Source: Rhodothermales bacterium
GTDB taxonomy: Bacteria > Bacteroidota > Rhodothermia > Rhodothermales > VXPQ01
Reading direction: 5' to 3'
DNA length: 64,000 bases
Assembly: GCA_965232485.1 (NCBI GenBank)
Contig: OZ246975.1
Coordinates: 936,959-1,000,958, forward strand
Part shown: positions 25,591 to 35,663 of the stretch, piece by piece
Numbering within the stretch: the first letter of the stretch is position 1
Layout: every line of letters begins with the position of its first letter
Notes under the pieces: generated by a model
The model's input: only the letters and a program-made list of their open reading frames with translations
Told to the model about the DNA's origin: nothing
Database searches by the model: none
Program-made: the position numbers and the translations under genes

Positions 25591-27876
25591 TTAAAACTGG
25601 ACCTTCATGCCCGCGATGGGAACAAGGGGCAGCTGGTCGCTGCGGCGGGCCGTGAGCAAATCCAGCGAAAAGAGATTCGCCCGGTCATAGGCGTTCATCA
25701 CGCCGGCCTGCACGGTCATTTCCGCTTCGAGGGGCAAATCGAATGCCCGTTCCACGGTGACGTCCAGCCGGTGATAGGTCGGGAGCGCGCCCCGATACGG
25801 AATGCTTTCGTAGATGACCCGGGGAAATCCGCGTACGTTTCGGACATCTACAGGGCCATCCATCAACACGAAACCGTCGAACCCCTCGACAGGCGTGTAC
25901 GGCAGCCCGGAGCCGAACTGCCACCGGGCGCTTACATCGAAACCGTATACCGTCGCCTTCCCCAGCATATTGACCTGATGGCGCCGGTCGTGAGGCGGAC
26001 GAAACCGCCCGGGATTGTTCACCGCCGGACTTGCCGGATCGATTTCGTAGCGGGTGGAAGACAAGCCGTAATTCACGAACCCGTAAAAACGGGGACGCCG
26101 CACTTCCAGCCGCAAATCGAATCCGTAGGCATTGCCGTGGGCCTCCTGCAAGCGCGTGGTGAAGCCCGGAAACGCCGTCCACTCCCCGATAAAAATGTTG
26201 TCCATGCTTTTGTAAAATCCCTCGATGGAGCATTCCAGCCAGGGGGCGGGTTCGACCCGGTATCCGAGCAGCGCGTGCGTGGAACGCATGGCCTCGCTGG
26301 AAGGCGTTTGCACCCAGGCGGTAAAAATATTCGTGGCGTCGCGACGATCGCTCAGGCCCACGGTGACCTGCCGATAGACGCCCGCCGCGGCGCTCCATTC
26401 CTGTACGCCGCGCTGCAGGCGCAGGCGTAGCCGGGGTTCGAAATAGTCGCCCGTACTGCCCATCGTCTGCACGGTGAGCCCGGGTCGTACGTACAACCCG
26501 CCGGCCACGTATATTTCCGGTTGAATATAGGCGCCGACATTCGTGGGCGCCCCTCGCCCGACCGTAAGATTCTGAAACAATCCCCCCAGCACGGTTTCCG
26601 TGAGCGGCGTCCGCAGGAAAAATCCCCACTTGACCTCCGAACTCTGGGCGAAATTCGTCATATTGACGGCGAGGTTGAACAGTTCGAGATCGGAAGTCCG
26701 GGTCGGTTCGCCGCGCGGCCCAAAAGAACTTTCCAGACGAGAAACAGACACGAGCACTTCGCTCAGAATCGGAAGGATGCGCGGCGCGGAAAGGTAGCGT
26801 ACGCCGAGCGCCGTATTGCGCCAGCTGACCTCGTCGTTGCGGCGCAATGGGTCGTCGGTGGGCGTAAGCGTGCCCCGGTCAAAGGTCTTCAGCCCCGTTA
26901 CCGAGAGTTGGCGATTCGATCCAAGGCGCGCATGCATTTTTCCGAACACATCGTCGAATACGTAGGGAAGCGGCGCAGACACGTACCGGGAAGCCAGTTC
27001 GTCCAGCATCGAATACCGGGCGGCCCCCAGAAACGAGATGCGGCCCGGCAAAATGGGTCCTTCGAGATGTCCCGCGCTGGTAAACGGCGACAGGGCTGCA
27101 GAAGCATGAAAACTGCGCTTGTTTCCGTTGCGGGAATGCACATCGATCACTGAGGATATTCTTCCCGAAAATTCCGCCCCGAATCCCCCGGCGTAGACAT
27201 CGGCCCGACTGACGATTTCAGAAGAAAACGCCGAATAGAAACCCAGCACATGGAAGGGCTGGTAAATCTCGATGCCGTCCAGCATCGTCAGGTTTTGCGT
27301 AGGCTCGCCGCCCCGAATGAACACCTGCCCGCCGCGGTCTCCCATCAACACTACGCTGGGTATCGTGGAAAGATAGGATACCAGATCGCCCGAAACGTCC
27401 GGCGACGGGATCAGTTCGATATCTTCCGGGCGGATGGTTTGCTGCCCAGCCGTTACGCGCGCCGCCCCGTCGTCGCGCTCCGCCTCGACAGAAATGCCCT
27501 CCAGGGCCATGGCGTCTTCCCGAAGCACGATATTGACCAGCAGGCGGTCGTCGACCTCAATGTCCAGCGTATCCACATACGTCACGAATCCGATGAAAGA
27601 AGCCCGCAACAGGTAGCGCCCCGGCGAAATGCGTCCGATAAGAAAAAATCCGTCCTCGTTGGACGCCGCCCCCTTCAGCGCGCCGGTCAGGTTATCGACC
27701 GATACGTTGACGCCCTGAAGCGATTCCCCGCCCGGATCCGTCGTAACGAAACCCCGCACGGAAGCGGATTGCGCCCTCGCTTCGGACAATAAACCCGGAG
27801 CCGACCCGACGATCCCCGACAGGGCCGCCAACGCCCACAGGCGAACATACGCGCTATGCATGCCCCGTAACGTCAT
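25591..27876 (-). CDS. TonB-dependent receptor, ~760-aa class (module B, second receptor)
   Basis: ATG 27876 overlaps the upstream stop (ATGA). SVRGFVTTDPGGESLQGVNVSV..GFFLIGRISPGRYLLRASFIGF is CarboxypepD_reg-like. The plug reads GGQVFIRGGEPTQNLTMLDGIEIY. The barrel ends GMKVQF. Confidence 0.85.
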   Translation of the reverse strand: MTLRGMHSAYVRLWALAALSGIVGSAPGLLSEARAQSASVRGFVTTDPGGESLQGVNVSVDNLTGALKGAASNEDGFFLIGRISPGRYLLRASFIGFVTYVDTLDIEVDDRLLVNIVLREDAMALEGISVEAERDDGAARVTAGQQTIRPEDIELIPSPDVSGDLVSYLSTIPSVVLMGDRGGQVFIRGGEPTQNLTMLDGIEIYQPFHVLGFYSAFSSEIVSRADVYAGGFGAEFSGRISSVIDVHSRNGNKRSFHASAALSPFTSAGHLEGPILPGRISFLGAARYSMLDELASRYVSAPLPYVFDDVFGKMHARLGSNRQLSVTGLKTFDRGTLTPTDDPLRRNDEVSWRNTALGVRYLSAPRILPILSEVLVSVSRLESSFGPRGEPTRTSDLELFNLAVNMTNFAQSSEVKWGFFLRTPLTETVLGGLFQNLTVGRGAPTNVGAYIQPEIYVAGGLYVRPGLTVQTMGSTGDYFEPRLRLRLQRGVQEWSAAAGVYRQVTVGLSDRRDATNIFTAWVQTPSSEAMRSTHALLGYRVEPAPWLECSIEGFYKSMDNIFIGEWTAFPGFTTRLQEAHGNAYGFDLRLEVRRPRFYGFVNYGLSSTRYEIDPASPAVNNPGRFRPPHDRRHQVNMLGKATVYGFDVSARWQFGSGLPYTPVEGFDGFVLMDGPVDVRNVRGFPRVIYESIPYRGALPTYHRLDVTVERAFDLPLEAEMTVQAGVMNAYDRANLFSLDLLTARRSDQLPLVPIAGMKVQF

Positions 27877-29153
27877 GGCCCGGAGGAAGAAGCGAGGCGG
27901 GCCAGCGACCGCCGCGCCATGTCGTTGTCCGGCTCGATGCGCAAGGCGGCTTCCCAGGCTTGCCGCGCATTGTCCGGATCCCCCGACATGGCGTACAAAC
28001 TGCCCAGATTAATCAGGGCATGGGTATTGGTCGCATCCGCCTGCGCCATGCCCTCGAACGACCGAATCGCGGACAGGGTATCGCCCTGCAGCAAATGCAG
28101 CACGGCCACATTGTTCCGGAAATCGGCATTCGCGGGATCCAGATAAAGCGCCACGCTGTAGGCTTTCATGGCTTCGTCGTATCGGCGGGCGCGCCGCAAC
28201 AGCGTCCCGAGGCCCGCATGCGCGTAAGGGTCTTCCGCATAGGTCCGGGAGGCGGTCGTCTGGTTCGTGATTTGCGCCTGGAGCGCGCGGAGTTCCTCGG
28301 CGTACTGCTGCACCGCTTCCGCTTCGTCCGCCCGGCCCAGACGCATCAGAACCTGGCCCATGTTGTAATGCGCGCCCTGATGCCACGGCCACGCCTGCAC
28401 GACGGCCTCCAGCGGAGCCAGGGCTTCCTCCCACCGCCCCAGCTTGACAAGGTACGAAGCAATATGGTATCTATATTCGAGATTATCGGGCGCATGGGCC
28501 AGCGCGCGCCGCGCGCTATGGAGCGCGCCCTCGAAATCCCCCAAATCGTCCAGCAACAAAGCCGTCCCGAAATGGGCCTGCGCAAAGGCGCTGTCGAGCG
28601 CCAGCGCCTCCCCGAAAGCATAGCGGGCGCTGTCCGTCTCGCCCAGTTCGATGTATGCGCGGGCAATGCCCAGCCAGGGGCGGGGATCGGGAGCCATTTC
28701 CAGCTCGCGGCGATAGTACCCGACCGATTTTACGTACTCCTGCCGCTGCCAGGCCGTATTGCCCAGATTGTTCCAGACCCCTGGATACGATGGACGAATC
28801 GCAAGGACAGCCCGGTATGCCGAATCCGCCTTGCCGAGCCGGTGCAATCCAGCGTAGATACGACCGCGCAAAAACGGAATGTCCGCCAGTTCCGGCGCCG
28901 CCGCAGCCACGCTGTCCGTAAAGGCGAAGGCTTGCGCAAATTCGTTTCGGGAGAGGGCTTCGCTGCTCAGCCGGATAAAACGGCCTGCCTCAGGAGATAC
29001 AGGCTGCGCATCCCGGACCCCGGGCGCATCCGGGGCTTCCCGATGGCGCGGTTCGCCTGCGCATCCCCCCGCCCATAGCAGACAACATACTACAGCGAGG
29101 CGCAGCGCCATGCGCCGGTCGCGCGACGTACGCAAAGATGCGGCGCCTTGCAT
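27873..29153 (-). CDS. TPR-repeat lipoprotein
   Basis: The track ORF runs to 29624, across the upstream gene's 3' end. Trimmed to ATG 29153, or to 29111 (MALRLAVVCCLLWAGGC lipobox). Repeated TPR helices are present (AYRAVLAIRPSYPGVWNNLGN, AWEAALRIEPDNDMARRSL). Confidence 0.7.
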   Translation of the reverse strand: MQGAASLRTSRDRRMALRLAVVCCLLWAGGCAGEPRHREAPDAPGVRDAQPVSPEAGRFIRLSSEALSRNEFAQAFAFTDSVAAAAPELADIPFLRGRIYAGLHRLGKADSAYRAVLAIRPSYPGVWNNLGNTAWQRQEYVKSVGYYRRELEMAPDPRPWLGIARAYIELGETDSARYAFGEALALDSAFAQAHFGTALLLDDLGDFEGALHSARRALAHAPDNLEYRYHIASYLVKLGRWEEALAPLEAVVQAWPWHQGAHYNMGQVLMRLGRADEAEAVQQYAEELRALQAQITNQTTASRTYAEDPYAHAGLGTLLRRARRYDEAMKAYSVALYLDPANADFRNNVAVLHLLQGDTLSAIRSFEGMAQADATNTHALINLGSLYAMSGDPDNARQAWEAALRIEPDNDMARRSLARLASSSGP

Positions 29154-29370
29154 GGCGTTATCTGTTTTTGGCGTCAAATGCAGATGATTCCCGGGATATG
29201 CGTGACCGCAGAAAGGCGCAACGGTATCGTTTCCGTACTTCCGACGAGTTTCGGACATTAGACCCTTCGAATCCGTTCGTGATTCCACAACCTGGAATGT
29301 ACAGGATGCTTTGATCCGGCGCCCCTTCCATTTCCGGCGCCTGCGCCGGAACCATGCAAGCGCAATCATA

Positions 29371-30438
29371 TCAGGGGATTTCTTCCGACGCCGCCTCTTC
29401 CATGCGCTGACGGGCGGTAGCGGCCCGGGCGATTTCCAGCGCCTGTCGCCGTTCGGCTTCGCGTCCGGCTTGCGCAAACCAATTGGCCAGGGCGCGCCAC
29501 CGCGCCGGATCGTCGGGATAATACGCCGCCGCGGCGCGAGCCATGCCGATCTGGTTATCCAGATCTTCCAGCGCTTCCGTGGCGTCCACATGCCGCTGAC
29601 CTTCTTCGAGGCGGCCCAGCGCAATCAGCGCGCGTCCGTAGTTGTATCGAAAAGAAGACTCATAGGGTTTCGCATACGCAGCGCGCTCCAGCAAAGGCAA
29701 CGCGCGCTCCGCATCGCCGGTTTTAAGCAATAACGCGCCCAGCCGGTACGCAAAGTCCACCTGTTCCCGATCCTGCTCCCATGCCGCGCGCGCATGCGAA
29801 AGCGCCTCTTCCGTCCGTCCCGCTTCATCGTGCAATTCCGCCAGCCAGGCATGCGCCTGCGCATGAGTCGAATCGCGCGCGAGCGCTTCCCGATATGCCC
29901 ATGCGGCGCTGTCGGGCAGGTTCAGCAATTCGTACGTCCGCCCCGTCTGCGTCCAGGCCCGGGACAACACGGCGGCGTCCGTCCGCCGGTAAAACGCCCG
30001 CACAGGCTCCGGGGAGGATAAGATGACTTCCCGCTGAAGCCGATACCGCCGGATCGCCTCGCTGTACCGCCCCTCTTCAAACGCAACATGCCCCCGCCGA
30101 AACCAGCCGTCGCGCAAGTACGGATCGAGCGCCATCGCCCGCGCAAACGCTTCGTCCGCCAACGCCAACTGATACGTACGCATCCGAACGCTCCCCAGCA
30201 ACATGTACGCCTCCGGCAGATCGGGCGCCCGGCTCAGCAGACTGTCCGTCAGCGCAAGCGCCTCCGGATACCGTCCCGCCGCCTCTTCCTCGCGCGCGTC
30301 CACAAGCAAGCGCCGGACATCCTCGTCCGCTGCTTGCAGGCGTTCCGCCGGCGTCTGCGCCGGCGCGCCGCACCCGGCCAAGGCGAGCCATGCCGCAAAA
30401 CATCCCGGTATCGATATGGACGGACAAAATTCGGGCAT
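29371..30438 (-). CDS. TPR-repeat lipoprotein
   Basis: 355 aa. Lipobox AAWLALAGC, with TPR-like helical repeats throughout. Confidence 0.68.
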   Translation of the reverse strand: MPEFCPSISIPGCFAAWLALAGCGAPAQTPAERLQAADEDVRRLLVDAREEEAAGRYPEALALTDSLLSRAPDLPEAYMLLGSVRMRTYQLALADEAFARAMALDPYLRDGWFRRGHVAFEEGRYSEAIRRYRLQREVILSSPEPVRAFYRRTDAAVLSRAWTQTGRTYELLNLPDSAAWAYREALARDSTHAQAHAWLAELHDEAGRTEEALSHARAAWEQDREQVDFAYRLGALLLKTGDAERALPLLERAAYAKPYESSFRYNYGRALIALGRLEEGQRHVDATEALEDLDNQIGMARAAAAYYPDDPARWRALANWFAQAGREAERRQALEIARAATARQRMEEAASEEIP

Positions 30439-30683
30439 GACGACTCAATCGCGAAAACGACCCCGCAAGCGTGTCCTCGCAGGCAGGGGCCTCGTCAAAA
30501 TAAGGGAAGAATTACATCGAATGCCTGATAATTACGCTGAGCAAGTCCACGCAAACAAGAGACTGCGAGGGGCGGGCTGGCGAGGCATGACGAAGCAGTG
30601 TAGTCTGGCGGTCCCGCATGTATGCGCGGCGCCCTCTCGCCCGCCTTGCATTCGCCGGAAACCCCGCAAGGCAAACCGGATCG

Positions 30684-32429
30684 TCAGGGACCATCGCGAC
30701 CTCTGAAAAGAATCGTGTCCACGACGCCCGATCCCTCGACAATATGTACCTCGCGCCCGGCGAGGATGTTCGCATAACGCGCCGTGTCGCCGCCGGGCCA
30801 CTGCACGATGAGCGTGTCCGCCTGCGCGGCGGCGCCCAACCCGAACGTCAACGCCTTTTCCGAAGAAACGAGATAACTTGACCCGCTCCGCACGCGCCGC
30901 GCCATCCGCCGATCCCCCGCGACCGCCGTTACCTGCGCGCTCAGGGCGTCCCTGTTGCCCGACATGCCCTGCAAGCGTACGCGCAACGAAGCGCCTCCCC
31001 TCGCCTCGTTGCGCAAGAGATGCACCGGCCCGGCATTCTCCGTAACCAGCACATCCTCGTCGCCATCCCGGTCGTAATCGGCCAGCGCCGCCCCGCGGGC
31101 AATCATCGGCGCGGCGATAGACAACGCATATTCGGAAAAACGCCCGTCCCCGTCATTCAGAAAAAGCTGGGACGCCTGCCGATACGACAGGCCCTCCGCT
31201 GTTCCTTCCACGTCCGGCGAAATATGTCCATTCGCCAGAAAAATATCCAGATCGCCATCCAGGTCGGCGTCGAAAAGGCACAGCCCGAAGGTAAGCGTGG
31301 GGAGCGACGGCAACCCCACCTGCGACTGGGCGGCGCGATCCAGAAAAACGCCGGGGGCAATCTGGCGATACAAACCCACCGGCTCGTTGGCGAAATGCCC
31401 GATGACGACCGACGGCGCGCCCGTGCCGTCCAGCACGCCCACATCCACCCCCATGCCCGCGCGCGCCTGACCGTCCGCGTCGTAGGCAAGGCCGCTGGCC
31501 ACCCCTGTCTCCACGAATGCGCCGGTCCCGTCGTTCAGGTACAGCAAATCCCGTTGCGTATCGTTCGCCGCCACGAGGTCCGGCCAGCCATCCTCGTTGA
31601 AATCCCATTCGGCGACGCCCAGCGTCTTGCCGGGCGCAGGCAGAAATCCGGCCTCGGCGGTCCGGTCGGCGAAAACGCCGCCCTCGTTTCGGTAAAAGCG
31701 GCTGGGCGCGCCATCGTATAACTTGGGGGTGCAGTACGTTTTATCCTTCCCGTTCATGGTGCACCACATATCGGTTTCCGGGGACCATGCGACATAATTC
31801 GCTACGTACAAATCGACCTGTCCATCCAGGTCGGCGTCGAAAAAAATCGCCGACGTACTCCATGCGCCGTCGCCCGCAAGTCCCGCGGCCTGCGCCGTCT
31901 CGCTAAACGAAACCCGCCCGCCGGAGCCTGCCGCACGATCGTTTCGCAGCAGCAGGTTCTGTCCCACGGCAGCCAGAAATATATCCGGATCCCCGTCGTT
32001 GTCGTAATCGGCGATGGCGAGGCCCATCCCGTACGCATGCACGTCGGCCAAACCGGTTTCCTCCGTAACTTCCGTAAAATACCCGCCTTCGTTCCGGTAC
32101 AGGCGAATCGCAGGCGGCGCAGCATCGCCCCGATCCGGCCATACGCCGCCCGCAACCAGCGCAATATCCTGCCACCCGTCCCCGTCGTAATCCAGAAAAC
32201 CGGCGCCGCCTCCCATTGTCTCGGGAAACCACATTTCCCCAAACGCCCCGGTCACATGCCGAAACGCCCCCAGCCCGACCTCCTCCGTAACATGCGTAAA
32301 ACGAAGCGCCTCCGACGGAGCGCGCGAATCAGACGCTTCCTTGGCGAGACGCTTGTCGTCCGCGCCGCACCCGCCCAGGACGAGGAGCGCACCCGCGACA
32401 ACCGGAATCAGGCGACGACGGGCAATCAC
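30684..32429 (-). CDS. CRTAC1-family lipoprotein (FG-GAP/VCBS repeats + ASPIC/UnbV C-terminal domain)
   Basis: GTG 32429 overlaps the upstream stop (GTGA). Lipobox LVLGGC. Repeats FLDYDGDGWQD, DYDNDGDPD and DADLDGQVD are present. The C-terminus reads LRVRLQGMSGNRDALSAQV..GSSYLVSSEKALTFGLG..LIVQWPGG. Confidence 0.85.
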   Translation of the reverse strand: MIARRRLIPVVAGALLVLGGCGADDKRLAKEASDSRAPSEALRFTHVTEEVGLGAFRHVTGAFGEMWFPETMGGGAGFLDYDGDGWQDIALVAGGVWPDRGDAAPPAIRLYRNEGGYFTEVTEETGLADVHAYGMGLAIADYDNDGDPDIFLAAVGQNLLLRNDRAAGSGGRVSFSETAQAAGLAGDGAWSTSAIFFDADLDGQVDLYVANYVAWSPETDMWCTMNGKDKTYCTPKLYDGAPSRFYRNEGGVFADRTAEAGFLPAPGKTLGVAEWDFNEDGWPDLVAANDTQRDLLYLNDGTGAFVETGVASGLAYDADGQARAGMGVDVGVLDGTGAPSVVIGHFANEPVGLYRQIAPGVFLDRAAQSQVGLPSLPTLTFGLCLFDADLDGDLDIFLANGHISPDVEGTAEGLSYRQASQLFLNDGDGRFSEYALSIAAPMIARGAALADYDRDGDEDVLVTENAGPVHLLRNEARGGASLRVRLQGMSGNRDALSAQVTAVAGDRRMARRVRSGSSYLVSSEKALTFGLGAAAQADTLIVQWPGGDTARYANILAGREVHIVEGSGVVDTILFRGRDGP

Positions 32430-33673
32430 GGCGCAGGGGACGGAGGAGGGAGTTGCGCCAGGTACGAAATGGCTTCTGCGTGGCCGGGGGCATGCTCAAG
32501 CACGGTTTCCCAGGCGGCGCGGGCTTCTTCGTAGTTGCCCGATAACGCATGGAGCGTACCCAGATTCAACCACACGTCCGGCTGGGTGGGCGCATGTTGC
32601 AACAGGACTTCGTATCGCTCCAGCGCCGTGACGGTATCTCCGGCGGCAAGGTGCAGGTTGGCGATATTGTTGTGCAGTTCCAGCCATCCCGGGCGCAGGG
32701 AAAGCGCCACCGTAAGCGCCTCGATGGCTTCGTCCACGCGGCCCGACCGGCGAAGCGACTCCCCATACTGGACCCAGAGCAGGGGTTCCATGCTGTTCGT
32801 CTTGATGCGCTCCACCCACTGCTCGACGTCCCGCTGCATGTCCAGCAGGGTATCGGCGCGGGCAAGGTAATGCGCAGCGCGTTCCGCCTCGCCCAAACCG
32901 TTCAGCGCCTGCCCAAGATTGTAGTGCGCCGGATAGTGCCATGGAATCCCGTCGGCTACGCGCATCAGAATATCCGCAGCGGCTTCCAGGTCGCCGTTGC
33001 GCAAATGCTGAACCCCGTATACATAGGCGTAATTCAGGTTGCCCGGATCCAGCGCAATGCCTTGTTCGGAATACGAAAGCGCGACCTCGAAATCGCCCGC
33101 GTCTTCATGGAGTTGGCCGAGCCACATGTACGCTGTCGGGTTGGCGGAATCCGCCGCAATGGCCTGCTCGTACGCCCGGCGCGCGCTGTCCGGCTCGCCC
33201 GTATCCGCCCAGGCCCGCCCAAGTTGCGTCAAGTAGTCCGTCGTTTCCGCAACGAGGCTGCGTTCTTTGCGATAGAGCGCAAGCGCTTCCGCCGGCTCGC
33301 CGTACATATAGGCCCCGTTTCCCCGGTTGAACCACACGCCCGGATAGTCCGGATCCAGTTCCAGCGTCTTTTCATAGGCCTCCGTAGCCATATCCATCTG
33401 CCGAAGCGCCGTGAAGATGCGGCCGCGCATAAAGGAAATATCGGCCAGATCGGGCGCATAGCGAGCAGCGCTATCCGCCAGCGCGAGCGCCGCGCTGTAG
33501 TACCCTGTCTCGAAGGCATGCTCCGCATCGAACAAAAATTCCACCGCTTTCGGATCTGTGTTGCGGCGGGCCAGTTCGGTCAAGGAAGGCGCCTCCCCCG
33601 AACCGCCGCATCCGCCCGAAGCAACAACGATCGTCGCCCCGAGGCAGGCTATCCATGTACTTGCGCTGCGCAT
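32426..33673 (-). CDS. TPR-repeat lipoprotein
   Basis: 415 aa. Lipobox VVASGGC, with TPR repeats. Its stop overlaps the start of the downstream CRTAC1 gene. Confidence 0.72.
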   Translation of the reverse strand: MRSASTWIACLGATIVVASGGCGGSGEAPSLTELARRNTDPKAVEFLFDAEHAFETGYYSAALALADSAARYAPDLADISFMRGRIFTALRQMDMATEAYEKTLELDPDYPGVWFNRGNGAYMYGEPAEALALYRKERSLVAETTDYLTQLGRAWADTGEPDSARRAYEQAIAADSANPTAYMWLGQLHEDAGDFEVALSYSEQGIALDPGNLNYAYVYGVQHLRNGDLEAAADILMRVADGIPWHYPAHYNLGQALNGLGEAERAAHYLARADTLLDMQRDVEQWVERIKTNSMEPLLWVQYGESLRRSGRVDEAIEALTVALSLRPGWLELHNNIANLHLAAGDTVTALERYEVLLQHAPTQPDVWLNLGTLHALSGNYEEARAAWETVLEHAPGHAEAISYLAQLPPPSPAP

Positions 33674-33859
33674 AAGACGCTTCAGGAAAGATGATGGCGT
33701 GACCCGTTCAATTCGACATGCCCCGCGGCGGAGTCCTGCGCGTAGCCTGCGTATCCTTTGGGCAAATGCCGACCATTGGGTTAGGAATAATTTTCAGAAT
33801 GACCTGCCGCCCGCCGGCTTTTCCACACAGGCAAACGCAGGCGCGGCCAAAACGGTTCG

Positions 33860-35602
33860 TTACGGAACGACGGGCAATGCCGTTCGGGAAACCATCCCCT
33901 GCCCGTCTATTACATGCACCTCATAGCCCGCAGGCAAGCCGACGTGACGCTCCAGGCGGCCATCCGGCCACCGCACGGTCAGGGTATCCACCCGATCCGC
34001 CGATCCCAGGCCGAACGTCAGCGTTTTTTCCGACTGCGAAAGATAACCGGAACCCGTCCGGACCCGCCGCACCTGCCGTACGCCGCCTGCCGTAACCGTC
34101 GCCTGCGCGCCGAGGGCGTCAAGATTGCCCCTCCCGGATCCCGGTCGCCCCGCCAGACGCACCCGCAACACATTCCCCCCGGACGAATCGTTGCGCAACA
34201 GGCGAGCCGGACCATTGTTTTCCGTCACCAGCAAATCCACGTCTCCATCGCGATCGTAGTCGGCTTTCGCCACGGCCCGCGCCACCATCGCCTCCGTAAA
34301 TACGCCCCCGACGGAGTCCGCCAGGTCCACATAGGTTCCTTCCCCCCCGTTGACGAACAAATGCGGCGGCTGCCGGTACGCCGACCCGTCGATCGGATCG
34401 AGGTACACATGCCCGTTGGCCACATACAAATCCAGATCGCCGTCCAGCTCGGCGTCGAAAAGCAACACCCCGAAGGCCAGCGTCGTCAGGCTGGATTGCC
34501 CGATACGGGAAGCCGCCGCGCGATCCATGAACCACCCGCTTGCCGTTCGCCGGTACACCCCGATCATTTCACTGGAAAAATTCCCCACGAAAACAGAGGG
34601 CATGCCCGTCGTATCCACGATCCCGACGTCCACGCCCATTCCGGCGCGCGCTTCCCCGTGCTCCCCGTAGGCAATCCCGCTACGCACCCCTTGCTCCGTG
34701 AACGCGCCATTGCCGTCGTTCATATACAAGAGGTCCGGCTCCCCGTCGTTTACCACCACGAGGTCGGACCAGCCGTCTTCGTTGAAATCCCATTCGGCGA
34801 CGGCCAGCGACTTGCCGGGCGTACCCGTCAGGCCGCTCGCCTGCGTACGTTCGGTAAACGCGCCGTCCCCGTTATTGCGATAAAAATAGCTCGGAGCGCC
34901 CGGATACGTGGCCGGGCGGCAATAATCCGGTCGCCCGTCCGCCCGAAAACATTCCATGTCGCTGGCGAGCGACCACAAGGCGTAGCCGGGCACATAGAGA
35001 TCGAGGCGCCCGTCCAGATCGGCGTCGAAAAACAGCGGGGAACTGCTCCATCCGGGAGGACCCGCCACGCCCGCCATGCGCCCGATCTCCGTAAAAAAAC
35101 GCGCCCCCGAAGGCCCGGAATCGTTGCGGAAAAGCAGATTTTCCCCAAAGGTCGCAAGAAAAATATCCTGATCGCCGTCGTTGTCGTAATCGGCGGCGGT
35201 TACCCCGGTGCCCCAGCCTCGCGCCTCGTCCAGCCCCGCCTCGCGGGTCACATCGGTAAAGGTCCCGTCCCGGTTGTTGCGAAAAAGGCGCAGGGCGCGC
35301 ACGTCCGGCGGCCCGGTCGGCGACAGACTTCCGCCTCCCACCAGGACAATATCTTCCCAGCCATCTCCGTCGTAATCCACGAATCCCCCTCCGGCGCCCA
35401 TCTGTTCCGGAAACCAGAAACGATCTTCGCTTCCGTTTTCGTGGCGGAAATTCCCCAGCCCGGCCGTGGAAGAAACCTCTTGAAACGCGATGCCATACGA
35501 GGAAGTCGCCTGCGTATTACGCGAACCGCCCTCCCCGCATCCGCCCAAAAAAATCAGGACGACGAGGGCCAGCGTTCCACCGGCGACACGGCGCACATGC
35601 AT
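33860..35602 (-). CDS. CRTAC1-family lipoprotein (FG-GAP + ASPIC/UnbV)
   Basis: The track start 35656 is TTG. ATG 35602 gives MHVRRVAGGTLALVVLIFLGGC. FVDYDGDGWED and DYDNDGDQD repeats are present. The C-terminus reads VRLAGRPGSGRGNLDALGAQATV..GSGYLSQSEKTLTFGLG..LTVRWPDG. Confidence 0.85.
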   Translation of the reverse strand: MHVRRVAGGTLALVVLIFLGGCGEGGSRNTQATSSYGIAFQEVSSTAGLGNFRHENGSEDRFWFPEQMGAGGGFVDYDGDGWEDIVLVGGGSLSPTGPPDVRALRLFRNNRDGTFTDVTREAGLDEARGWGTGVTAADYDNDGDQDIFLATFGENLLFRNDSGPSGARFFTEIGRMAGVAGPPGWSSSPLFFDADLDGRLDLYVPGYALWSLASDMECFRADGRPDYCRPATYPGAPSYFYRNNGDGAFTERTQASGLTGTPGKSLAVAEWDFNEDGWSDLVVVNDGEPDLLYMNDGNGAFTEQGVRSGIAYGEHGEARAGMGVDVGIVDTTGMPSVFVGNFSSEMIGVYRRTASGWFMDRAAASRIGQSSLTTLAFGVLLFDAELDGDLDLYVANGHVYLDPIDGSAYRQPPHLFVNGGEGTYVDLADSVGGVFTEAMVARAVAKADYDRDGDVDLLVTENNGPARLLRNDSSGGNVLRVRLAGRPGSGRGNLDALGAQATVTAGGVRQVRRVRTGSGYLSQSEKTLTFGLGSADRVDTLTVRWPDGRLERHVGLPAGYEVHVIDGQGMVSRTALPVVP

Positions 35603-35663
35603 CCTTCCGTAAACGTTAGGCGCCGGCGAACGGCGACGCGCGTGCACAAGATGCAAAATACCC

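Noticed and set aside
29158-29355. 65-aa minus-strand ORF that exactly fills the gap between two TPR genes.
   Set aside because: It has no hydrophobic segment, motif or paralog in the other modules. Its composition is unremarkable, so it is probably chance. I could not exclude a small protein without conservation or Ribo-seq data.
27873-29624. Long N-terminal extensions in ORF-track calls (27873-29624, 48637-50895, 53371-55953, 35664-36827, 47361-48734, 59523-60794, 22029-22808, 22696-24456, 62372-63379).
   Set aside because: The extensions run into or across the upstream gene. They are Arg/Pro/Gly-rich junk and often begin with TTG or GTG. Internal ATGs immediately precede good signal peptides, lipoboxes or Rossmann motifs, so I used the shorter forms.
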